Shown here piece after piece: positions 16,504 through 24,936 of a stretch of 30,783 nt of DNA. Made by a program: the position numbers and the translations under genes. Position 1 is the first letter of the stretch; every line of letters begins with the position of its first letter. The notes under the pieces were generated by a model, which saw only the letters and a list, made by a program, of their open reading frames with translations, ran no database searches and had not been told where the DNA came from. The DNA lies in the IMG/VR virus record IMGVR_UViG_3300044449_000059, positions 1 through 30,783 of that record; one strand, given 5' to 3'. This stretch comes from a virus (Duplodnaviria > Caudoviricetes).

Positions 16504-17438
16504 GCACCATCAAACTGGCCGATGGCACCGAAATCGAGGAAGTGATTGCGGTTGCCAAGAGCCTCATTCAACCCGAGGATTTGCGCAATGGCGGCGTGCT
16601 CACGCCCCAAGGTGCAAGCCGCCTCATTTCGATGCTCTATGCGGACCCGTTTTTGAAACAGGTCACGACCGAGCGCATGTTGCGTCTGACCAAGAATGTC
16701 GATGTGCTCGATATCATGCGCCGCCAGCTCGTGCGGGTGGCACAGGGCAATGAGCCCGATGATAGCGATCTGACCGGCGCGGCGGAGTTTGGGTGCAAGC
16801 TCACCGCCCTCGATGTGCAGCTTTTCGCCTCGCTCACGCTGGATTTCCTGCGCGACAACAAGGACAACCCCAACCTCCAGAAAGAGGTTGAGACCGGGTT
16901 CAACACCCGCCTGGGCAATGATCTGGTCGATCTGGCATTCAACGGCGTGGCCGATGATGCCGTGGGCGCGGATCGCGCGGCCAAGTTTATCCGGCTCAAC
17001 AAGGGCTGGCTCCAGATCATGCGCGAGGCCGACAACACGCCCAAGGTCGATATCGACCCGGCAACTGATGGCTGGAAAGCCTCGCTCAAGTCGATCATGG
17101 AGGCGGGCGATATCCGTTTCCGCAAAACCTCGGTGTTCCTCATGAACACGGCGGATGCGGACGATTACGCCGAGGAGCTGAATGCCCCGATCACGGGCAT
17201 GGCGCTCGACGCCGATAGCCCGCTGCGCCGCTACAAGGGCAAGCCCATCGTGGATCATCCCGAGATGCCGCAAGGCTCGGTGGCCTTCACGCCGCTAAAA
17301 AACCTGGTTGTCGGTTTGCACACCGATATCCAGCGCAACCGGGCGTATCACAACCGCCGCCGCGCGCTCGAATACACCTTCGATATGGCGGTGGATTTCG
17401 AGGTGGCCGTGAAGCAAGCCGCCGTCCTGGGCGAGTAA
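16500..17438 (+). CDS. Major capsid protein (P2-family-like)
   Basis: GGVLTPQ, GNDLVDLAFNG, NKGWL, FTPLKNLVVG; follows the protease. Confidence 0.88.
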   Translation: MSTIKLADGTEIEEVIAVAKSLIQPEDLRNGGVLTPQGASRLISMLYADPFLKQVTTERMLRLTKNVDVLDIMRRQLVRVAQGNEPDDSDLTGAAEFGCKLTALDVQLFASLTLDFLRDNKDNPNLQKEVETGFNTRLGNDLVDLAFNGVADDAVGADRAAKFIRLNKGWLQIMREADNTPKVDIDPATDGWKASLKSIMEAGDIRFRKTSVFLMNTADADDYAEELNAPITGMALDADSPLRRYKGKPIVDHPEMPQGSVAFTPLKNLVVGLHTDIQRNRAYHNRRRALEYTFDMAVDFEVAVKQAAVLGE

Positions 17439-17441
17439 CCC

Positions 17442-17864
17442 ATGCCCGAGGCCGCACCCGTCACCCCGGCTGAGATCAGAGCCTATGCCAACCTCCCCAG
17501 CGAGGTGCCCGAGGCTTTGCTCGAAAAGCACATTGGGATCGCCACCCGCGATCTCACCCGTGCCACCGGGGTGGCGGCTGCGCCTGACGGCAAGGCCGAG
17601 ATTTGGGCTGAGGCGCTCACGGTGCGCGCCCTGGCCAGCGTCTTTCCCTGGCTCAACACCTTCGCGCTCGATGGCGCGGCCAAGGTGGGGCGGCTGGAGG
17701 GATCGGTGGAATACCGTTTCCTCGATGCCGAGGAAGTTGAGGCGCGTGTCGATGAATTGAATGGCCGTTTCGATGAGCTGGTGGCCGAGCTGGCCCCTGT
17801 CGAGACGAGCGAGACCCCCAGCGATCAGGTGAGCACCGGAGTGGCCACGCTGATCGCGGTTTAG
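17442..17864 (+). CDS. Putative head-tail connector protein
   Basis: Position after capsid, size, VTPAEIRAY start. Confidence 0.6.
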   Translation: MPEAAPVTPAEIRAYANLPSEVPEALLEKHIGIATRDLTRATGVAAAPDGKAEIWAEALTVRALASVFPWLNTFALDGAAKVGRLEGSVEYRFLDAEEVEARVDELNGRFDELVAELAPVETSETPSDQVSTGVATLIAV

Positions 17865-17873
17865 GAGAAACCC

Positions 17874-18341
17874 ATGCGCCTGCGCACCCGTATGCATGAG
17901 GAGTTGATTGCCCGCATCGCTCAGGCTTTGCCGGATGCTCTGCCCACCGTTTGGGGGCATAGCGGCGGTATCGTTCTGGTGATCGAGCAACTCAAATTCA
18001 CCAGCGCGGGCGGCAATGACAAAAATGGCTGGGCGCAGCTTGCCAAATTCACCGGCGTGCTCCGCGCCGAGCTGCGTGCCGATGAGATCGACGCGATGGA
18101 GGTGGAGCCGCTTATCACCAATCTCGTGGCTGACCCGGTGTTTCTGGCGCGAGATGAGGATGGTGAGATCGATGCTTTGAGCGAAACTGCCCGCGCGATC
18201 TTGGCCGAGTGGCGCGACACCGTGCGCGATACGCAAGTTGTTTCCGCCCTGCGCTTCAATGTTGAGGGCACGATGCTGCGCCGCGTGCCCAATACCCCCG
18301 CACTGGGTGCACCCGTAATCAATCGGGGTGAGACGATATGA
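17874..18341 (+). CDS. Putative tail completion/terminator protein
   Basis: AGGAG RBS; lies between connector and spike genes. Confidence 0.5.
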   Translation: MRLRTRMHEELIARIAQALPDALPTVWGHSGGIVLVIEQLKFTSAGGNDKNGWAQLAKFTGVLRAELRADEIDAMEVEPLITNLVADPVFLARDEDGEIDALSETARAILAEWRDTVRDTQVVSALRFNVEGTMLRRVPNTPALGAPVINRGETI

Positions 18342-18868
18342 GCGAGACGCCATTTAACCTACAGCAATTGGATCGCCAGCTTGGCGGCATGATCCGCCTC
18401 GGCAAGATTTGCGATACCGATTACCCCAAGGGCCTCGCCAAGGTCATGATCGATGGCGCACCCTCGGGCTGGCTTCCGATGATGACTGCGCGCGCGGGCA
18501 ATGACCGGGTGTGGCATCCCTACGAGGATGGCGAGCAAGTGGTGGTGTTTTCCCCCAGCGGCAATCCCACCAATGGCGTGATCATGGGCGCGGCCTTCAC
18601 CGATGCTCATGCCGCCAACGGCAACTCGCCCGACATTCACCGCACCGATTACGGCAACGGCTCGTTCGTCGAGCACAACCGGGCTACCGGCACGCTCACC
18701 ATCAACGCCACCGGCGATATCAACATCATTTCCGGCGGAACCGTGACCATTCAAGGCCTCGTCAAGGTGGAAGGTGGTGAGCTGACCCACAACGGCACCA
18801 ACGTAGGGGATGAACACAAGCACAAAGACGTGACGCCCGGTCCTGCGAAAACGGGAGAGCCGGAATGA
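18338..18868 (+). CDS. Baseplate spike, P2 gpV-like
   Basis: MIRLGKI, GWLPMMTARAG, GEQVVV, C-terminal HKH. Confidence 0.92.
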   Translation: MSETPFNLQQLDRQLGGMIRLGKICDTDYPKGLAKVMIDGAPSGWLPMMTARAGNDRVWHPYEDGEQVVVFSPSGNPTNGVIMGAAFTDAHAANGNSPDIHRTDYGNGSFVEHNRATGTLTINATGDINIISGGTVTIQGLVKVEGGELTHNGTNVGDEHKHKDVTPGPAKTGEPE

Positions 18869-19218
18869 GCTTCACCGGCCTTAACATGACCACCGGGCGT
18901 AACATTTCCGGGCTTGATCACTTGCGGCAATCGGTGCGCGATATCTTAATCACGCCCATCGGCTCGCGCGTCATGCGCCGCGATTATGGCTCGGGGCTTT
19001 TCGAGCTGATCGATCAAAATCTCACCGGCCTTGTGCTGGCCCAGATTTATGCGGCCACCGCCGATGCGCTGCGCAAATGGGAGCCGCGCTTGCGCGTCAC
19101 TCGTGTGCAGGCCGAGGCTTTGCCAGAGGAGCTGGAGGAGGGCCGGATCACGATCACGCTTGAGGGCCAATACCTGCCCGAGGGCCGGGAAATCACGCTT
19201 GAGGGGATCGTGCTATGA
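18865..19218 (+). CDS. Baseplate protein gpW/gp25
   Basis: HLRQSVRDILITPIGSRVMRRDYGS, WEPR. Confidence 0.93.
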   Translation: MSFTGLNMTTGRNISGLDHLRQSVRDILITPIGSRVMRRDYGSGLFELIDQNLTGLVLAQIYAATADALRKWEPRLRVTRVQAEALPEELEEGRITITLEGQYLPEGREITLEGIVL

Positions 19219-20147
19219 GCTTCACCGCGATCAGCCTTGACAAGGCGGGCACGCCCCAGGTGATCCCGCAACTGCCCTTTGGGGAGGTGTTCGCCGCGCG
19301 CAAAGCCCGGTTCATCGAACTGGCGGAGGCCCGCGATGATGCCGAATATCTAGCCAGCGTCAAAGCGGCACTTGATCTCGAAAGCGAGGGGCTTGTGCAG
19401 CTCCTCCAGGAGGATAGCTGGCGCGAGCTGGTGGTGCGCCAGGATGTGCAGGATGCAGGCCTAGGCAATATGCTGGCCTTTGCGACCGGCCCCGCGCTCG
19501 ATCACCTTGCCGCCTTCTATGGCGTAGCCCGCCAGATCGTGCAGGAGGCCGATGCCACTGCCACCCCGCCGATCCCCGAGATTTGGGAAACCGATGAGCG
19601 GTTGCGCAAGCGCACCCAGCTCGCGCCCGAAGGCTTCACTACCAACGGCACGCGCGGAGCCTATGTGTTTTGGGGGCTTTCGGCCTCTCCGCTGGTCAAG
19701 GATATCGGCGTATCCCAAACCGAAACCCCCGGCGAGGTTCGGATCACCGTGCTTTCCACAGAAGGCAACGGCACCCCGGATGCGGCTCTCCTGGCGCGCG
19801 TCGATGAGGAGCTCACCGCGCGCAAGCCCTTGAATGCCGCCTTGATCATCGAGGCCGCGAGCATCACCCCCTACACCATCGCCGCAACTCTGACGCTTTA
19901 TGAGGGGCCAGGCGCGGAGCCAGTCCTGGAGGCTGCGACTGAGACGCTCAAATCCTTTGTGACGCGCCGCCACCAGCTTGGACATGATGTGGTGATCGCT
20001 GGCCTCAATGCCGCGCTCTATCAAGAGGGGGTGCAGAATGTCGATCTGGGCGGGTTCGCCTCCGATCTGATCGTGGGGCCACGCGAGGCTGCGTGGTGTG
20101 ATCCCGAGGTGGATATCTCGGTGACGATTGGAGGACGCAATGTCTGA
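19215..20147 (+). CDS. Baseplate assembly protein gpJ
   Basis: LAFATGPALDHLAA, ETDERLR, AYVFWGLSA. Confidence 0.92.
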   Translation: MSFTAISLDKAGTPQVIPQLPFGEVFAARKARFIELAEARDDAEYLASVKAALDLESEGLVQLLQEDSWRELVVRQDVQDAGLGNMLAFATGPALDHLAAFYGVARQIVQEADATATPPIPEIWETDERLRKRTQLAPEGFTTNGTRGAYVFWGLSASPLVKDIGVSQTETPGEVRITVLSTEGNGTPDAALLARVDEELTARKPLNAALIIEAASITPYTIAATLTLYEGPGAEPVLEAATETLKSFVTRRHQLGHDVVIAGLNAALYQEGVQNVDLGGFASDLIVGPREAAWCDPEVDISVTIGGRNV

Positions 20148-20715
20148 TCTCCGGTCTCTTTTGCCACCCATCGCTCCGGCTCCGCTGCGCCGTGATCTTG
20201 AGATCGTTATGGCAGAGCGCGAAGCGGGGCTCGGCGATGTGATCCACACGCTTTGGGACCCTCAGAAATGCCCGGAACACCTTTTGCCCTGGCTGGCCTG
20301 GGCGCTTTCTGTGGATGAGTGGGATGAGGGCTGGTCCGAAGATCAAAAGCGCAACGTGATCGCCGCATCCATTTCGGTCCATCGTGACAAGGGGAGCTTG
20401 GCATCGGTGGAGCGCGCGCTCGCTGCGGCGGGCTATGGCACCGCCCGCATTGTTGAGCGCTTTGGGTGGGAATTTCATGATGCCGCCTATCAGCACGATG
20501 GCACAATCACCTACGCCGCGCCGGATCATTGGGCCGAATATCGAGTGATCCTCGCGCGCCCGATCACCATCGAGCAAGCCGCCCAGGTGCGCCGCATTCT
20601 CGGGGATGTGGCCCCGGCCCATTGCCATCTCAAGGCACTGGATTTCACCGAGGCGCTCAACACCTACAACGCCCGCATCACCCATGACGGGCAATTCACG
20701 CATGGAGTAGCATGA
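20140..20715 (+). CDS. Tail protein gpI
   Basis: SLLPP, LWDPQKCPEHLLPWLAWALSVDEW, HRDKG. Confidence 0.92.
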   Translation: MSDLRSLLPPIAPAPLRRDLEIVMAEREAGLGDVIHTLWDPQKCPEHLLPWLAWALSVDEWDEGWSEDQKRNVIAASISVHRDKGSLASVERALAAAGYGTARIVERFGWEFHDAAYQHDGTITYAAPDHWAEYRVILARPITIEQAAQVRRILGDVAPAHCHLKALDFTEALNTYNARITHDGQFTHGVA

Positions 20716-22193
20716 TGGCAGGATTGCAAGAGCAAGCCCTTTGGGATGCCGAGATTTACCAGATCGAGCAAACCGATCCCGTTGTCGGTGGCCCTCCCAA
20801 TCTGGCCCAGGGCCAGGGCATCACAAACGTGCCCCACCAGGCGCTTGCCAACCGCACGGCATGGCTCAAAACCCAGATCGAGGCGTTGCAACAGACGCTC
20901 ACCGATCTGACAAGCGGTGCGCCTGGCGCGATGGACACGCTCAATGAGTTGGCGGCGGCGCTTGGCGATGATCCGAATTTCTCGGCCACCGTTCTGAACA
21001 AGATTGGGTCGCTGGAAAGCGCTGCAAACGTAGTCGCGGATGGTGCGAATGTGCCTGCGCATGGGATCGCACGCTCCCGCGATGGAGTTATCATGGTCAA
21101 TCCGACCGACGGCGGGCTAGTGGTTTCCGGCGTGAGCCAAGCTGAGCTTGAAGCGGATGGCTTTGTCACTCTGATCCAATACATCCGCAATCTGCGCCCT
21201 GCGCCGCGCAACTACCTCATCAATGGCGGCTATGACATCTGGCAGCGGGGCACGGTGTTCACTTTCGCGGGTTATGGCGGGGCGGATCGCTGGGCCAATA
21301 CCAACTATGGCAGTACCAAGACGGTATCGCGTGAAGCCTTTGCGGTGGGGCAAACAGACGTGCCCGGTAATCCGCGCTATTTCGAGCGCACCGTTATCAA
21401 CTCGGTTGCGGGTAATGCCAACTATGTCGGCACACACCAACGCATTGAGGGCGTGGGATCACTCGCGGGCCGAAAAGCCACGCTGACCTTCTGGGCCAAG
21501 GCCGATGGCAACAAATCCATTGGCGTCAATATCCGCCAGAACTTCGGCACAGGCGGCGCACCTTCGCCCGTCAATTCGTTCTTCGCGCAAGCGGTCAATC
21601 TGACCAACCAATGGGCGCGGTATGATCTTGTGATTGATGTGCCTTCTATTGATGGCAAGTCCATCGGCACAGGCGGCAATGATTGTCTGCATGTCGGCTG
21701 GTGGCATGACGCCGGATCGGATCATGCTGCCCGCTCATCTGGGATCGGGCAGCAATCCGGCACCTTTGATGTGGCGCGCGTATCCTTGGTCGAGGGAGAT
21801 TACTCAGACCATCCCGACCCATTTGAAATGCGCAGCATTGGCGATGAGTTGGCGCTTTGCCAGCGGTATTTCCAAAAGAGTTACAACCTAGAAACTGCGC
21901 CCGGAACGGCGATTGGGACTGGGGCCGAATACACGCAACGGGTAAGTTCCTCATCCCCTTATGCGGACTACTATCGGGTCAAGTTTCCAACTGCCATGCG
22001 CCGCGATCCAAGCATTGTGATCTACTCGCCTGTGACGGGTAACTCTGGCTATGTCCGCGACACTTCTGCCGGTGTGGAGGTTGGTGTGCAAACCCTGTTT
22101 TGGAATGGCGAGAGCGGCTTCGGGATCGGGGCAATCATGGCCGGGGTGCAGCGTCCCTATGCGTTTCACTACACCTCTGACACCGAACTTTGA
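20712..22193 (+). CDS. Tail fibre protein (gpH-like)
   Basis: LANRTAWLK, GAPGAMDTLNELAAALGDDPNF, RNYLINGGYDIWQRG, ELALCQRYFQK. Confidence 0.88.
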   Translation: MMAGLQEQALWDAEIYQIEQTDPVVGGPPNLAQGQGITNVPHQALANRTAWLKTQIEALQQTLTDLTSGAPGAMDTLNELAAALGDDPNFSATVLNKIGSLESAANVVADGANVPAHGIARSRDGVIMVNPTDGGLVVSGVSQAELEADGFVTLIQYIRNLRPAPRNYLINGGYDIWQRGTVFTFAGYGGADRWANTNYGSTKTVSREAFAVGQTDVPGNPRYFERTVINSVAGNANYVGTHQRIEGVGSLAGRKATLTFWAKADGNKSIGVNIRQNFGTGGAPSPVNSFFAQAVNLTNQWARYDLVIDVPSIDGKSIGTGGNDCLHVGWWHDAGSDHAARSSGIGQQSGTFDVARVSLVEGDYSDHPDPFEMRSIGDELALCQRYFQKSYNLETAPGTAIGTGAEYTQRVSSSSPYADYYRVKFPTAMRRDPSIVIYSPVTGNSGYVRDTSAGVEVGVQTLFWNGESGFGIGAIMAGVQRPYAFHYTSDTEL

Positions 22194-22204
22194 AGGGAAA
22201 GCCG

Positions 22205-22807
22205 ATGCAAGTTGAAAGTGCAAGACATCTGCCAAGCGGCTCAATCGAAGCCGTGATCGACGGTGTACCGATTGTTGTGCCGGACGATCCGGGTAATCGT
22301 CATCGTGCCGCATTTGATGAATGGCTCTCGCAAGGGGGCGAGATCGCGCCTGTGCCGCGCGAGGATTTGCGCAACATGGCTATGGCCCGCGTCGATGCAG
22401 AGCATGCCGACTATCTGGTCATGCTCACAGGCGGTGCGACCGTGGCTGAACGCGACACATGGAAGGTCAAAGAGGAAGCGGCCCGGGCCTTTGAGGCGGG
22501 CACGGCAACACCCGGCCAAACAGCTATGCTCGCCGCCGAGGCGCAAGGCGCGGGCATCACTGAGGCCGAGCTGGCCGCGACCATCATCGCCAAAGCCGAT
22601 GCGTTCCTCGCACTTGTCGGTGTCGCCGCTGGCCTGCGCGCCAAAGGCCGCGCTGCCATCATGGCCGCAACCGATGAGGCCGTTCCGCTCGATCAGGTTG
22701 AGACCCAGATCGACGTCGTATTCGCCCAACTTGCCCAAGAGGTGCAGGCCGCGATCACCCAAATCCAAACCGCAAACGCTCAACAGACAGGAGGCAACCA
22801 TGCCTGA
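22205..22807 (+). CDS. Putative tail fibre assembly protein
   Basis: VPDDPGNRH and ERDTWKVKEEAA motifs; follows the fibre gene. Confidence 0.65.
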   Translation: MQVESARHLPSGSIEAVIDGVPIVVPDDPGNRHRAAFDEWLSQGGEIAPVPREDLRNMAMARVDAEHADYLVMLTGGATVAERDTWKVKEEAARAFEAGTATPGQTAMLAAEAQGAGITEAELAATIIAKADAFLALVGVAAGLRAKGRAAIMAATDEAVPLDQVETQIDVVFAQLAQEVQAAITQIQTANAQQTGGNHA

Positions 22808-23972
22808 GCAGTTTCTCCACGGCGTGGAGGTTGTCGAGATCGACACCGGAACACGCCCCATTCGCACCGTGCGCTCCTCGGTCATTGGCCTGGTGGGCAC
22901 CGCCCCCGAGGCCGATGCCGCCAAATTCCCGCTCAACACGCCCGTGCTGATCGCCGGGCGGCGCGGTGATGCCGCTGGCCTGGGCACCGATGGCACCTTG
23001 CCCGGCGCTATCGATGATATCTTTGACCAGGCGGGCGCGATGATCGTGCTGATCCGCGTGGCCGAGGGAGCCGATGATGCCGAGACGATCTCCAATGTGA
23101 TCGGCGGCATCGATGATGACAGCGGCCAATATGAGGGCGTCCAGGCGCTCCTCGCCGCCGAGAGCGTGCTGGGCCTGGCTCCGCGCATTCTGGTGGCCCC
23201 TGGCTTCACTCAGGAGCAAGCCGTGGTTTCCGAGATGGTGTCCATCGCCACGCGGCTGCGCGCCATGATCATCGCTGATGGCCCCAACACCAATGACGCC
23301 GCCGCGCTGGCCTATCGTGGCAACTTTGGCTCGGATCGCATCTACCTGGTCGATCCCTGGGTGCGCGTCTGGGATACGGAAACCTCGACCGAGGTTGTGC
23401 GCCCCAGCTCGGCCCGCATCGCGGGCGTTTGGTCCAAGTCGGACGCCGAGCGCGGGTTCTGGCATTCGCCCTCCAACCGCCTCATCGATGGGATCGTGGG
23501 CACCGCCCGCTCGGTGGATTTCACCCTGGGCGATCACAATGCCCGTGCCAACTACCTCAACGAAAATGAGGTAAGCACGATCATCCAGCGGGATGGTTAT
23601 CGCATCTGGGGCAACCGAACGCTTTCCGCCGATCCCAAATGGGCCTTTGTGAAGCGCCGCCGGATCGCCGACATGATCAACGAAAGCATCATGCAGGCGC
23701 ATTTCTGGGCGGTGGACCGCAACGCCGATGCGCAATATTTCGAGAACGTGACCGAGGGCGTCAATTCCTATGGCCGTCGCATGATCTCGGTGGGCGCGCT
23801 GGTGGGCTTCAATTGCTGGCCCGATCCCGACCTCAACACCCCCGAGGAGCTCGAAGCGGGCAAGGTCTATTTCAACTATGACTGGGTTGAAACGCCGACC
23901 GCCGAGCACATCACCTTCCGTTCCATGATCAACAACGGCTACCTCTCCGAGGTTGTGCCGATTGCCGCCTAA
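22800..23972 (+). CDS. Tail sheath protein FI
   Basis: FLHGVEVVEI, PRILVAPGF, GFWHSPSN, WGNRT; GGAGG RBS. Confidence 0.95.
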   Translation: MPEQFLHGVEVVEIDTGTRPIRTVRSSVIGLVGTAPEADAAKFPLNTPVLIAGRRGDAAGLGTDGTLPGAIDDIFDQAGAMIVLIRVAEGADDAETISNVIGGIDDDSGQYEGVQALLAAESVLGLAPRILVAPGFTQEQAVVSEMVSIATRLRAMIIADGPNTNDAAALAYRGNFGSDRIYLVDPWVRVWDTETSTEVVRPSSARIAGVWSKSDAERGFWHSPSNRLIDGIVGTARSVDFTLGDHNARANYLNENEVSTIIQRDGYRIWGNRTLSADPKWAFVKRRRIADMINESIMQAHFWAVDRNADAQYFENVTEGVNSYGRRMISVGALVGFNCWPDPDLNTPEELEAGKVYFNYDWVETPTAEHITFRSMINNGYLSEVVPIAA

Positions 23973-23987
23973 AGGAGGGCTCAAGCA

Positions 23988-24494
23988 ATGCGCGATCTGC
24001 TGAAATATCAAAACGTCTTTGTGGATGGCTATGGCTTTGCGGGCCTGGCCTCCGCGATCACCGTCCCGAAACCCGAGGTGGCCACGCGGGATTTCTCCGC
24101 CGCTGGCGTCGGGCCGATCAAGGTGTGTATGGCCCGCATGGCCAATGCGCTTTCCTCGGAGATCACCTTTGAGGGGTTTGATCCCTATCTCTATGGGCTG
24201 ATCGATATCACAGAGGGCTCGATCATCCCATTCACCTCCAAGGGCTCGGCGGAGGATGATGATGGCACCACCCATGCCCACACCATCAAAATGACCGGCT
24301 TTATCGAGACGCTTGATGAGGGTGAGTGGAAGGATGGCGAGGGCGTGCCGCTCAAGCTGGGCATGTCTCTGCGTTACTACAAGCGCGAGCGCGATGGCCA
24401 ACTCCTGATCGAGTATGACCCGATCAACATGGTTTGGCGCGGCCCGGACGGCAAGAACAAGCTCGAAGAGCATAAACGCAACATTGGCCGGTAA
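23988..24494 (+). CDS. Tail tube protein FII
   Basis: NVFVDGYGFAG, LRYYK, IEYDPINM. Confidence 0.9.
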   Translation: MRDLLKYQNVFVDGYGFAGLASAITVPKPEVATRDFSAAGVGPIKVCMARMANALSSEITFEGFDPYLYGLIDITEGSIIPFTSKGSAEDDDGTTHAHTIKMTGFIETLDEGEWKDGEGVPLKLGMSLRYYKRERDGQLLIEYDPINMVWRGPDGKNKLEEHKRNIGR

Positions 24495-24508
24495 GGAGGG
24501 CATAGACC

Positions 24509-24772
24509 ATGAGCCGCGAAACCATTGAGCTGCAATATCCTGTCACCGTTGATGGCGAGGAATACACCGTGTTTTCCCTGCGCCGCCCCAAGATGCGCGA
24601 CATGAAGAAACAGCAAAAGCACAAGGACGATCTCGACAAGGCCACGGCCATGATCGCCGATCTGGCCGAGGTGTCCACAAAGGTGGTCGATGAGCTGGAC
24701 CCGGTGGACTTCACCGCGCTGAGTGACTGGGTGGGAAAGTGTATGCCAAATGCGGAGGGTATGACCCCGTAA
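24509..24772 (+). CDS. Tail assembly chaperone gpE
   Basis: IELQYPV, LRRPKMRD, DELDPVDF. Confidence 0.88.
   Translation: MSRETIELQYPVTVDGEEYTVFSLRRPKMRDMKKQQKHKDDLDKATAMIADLAEVSTKVVDELDPVDFTALSDWVGKCMPNAEGMTP
24733..24739 (+). other. -1 programmed ribosomal frameshift site G GGA AAG
   Basis: X XXY YYZ heptamer in register in gpE; the -1 frame opens into E'. Confidence 0.85.
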
Positions 24773-24936
24773 GGCTGCGCCCCGTTGTCCTTTTCATGTC
24801 ACGAAAATTCGGCTGGCAACCCTCGGAATGCGAGGAGATGCCAGTCGAGGAGCTCCTGGAATATTTCCGGGACGGCCTTGAATATGTGCGGGTAGAACGT
24901 GAGGCCCGCATAAACGCGGAGCATCCATTTCCATGA
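24739..24936 (+). CDS. gpE' extension of the tail chaperone (frameshift product 24509-24936)
   Basis: FGWQPSECEEMPVEELLEY matches the P2 GpE motif; ATGA overlap with the tape measure gene. Confidence 0.82.
   Translation: MYAKCGGYDPVRLRPVVLFMSRKFGWQPSECEEMPVEELLEYFRDGLEYVRVEREARINAEHPFP

Noticed and set aside
22263-22799. N-terminal extension of the sheath ORF in the track (569 aa)
   Set aside because: True start is ATG 22800 with GGAGG RBS; the extension overlaps the fibre assembly gene
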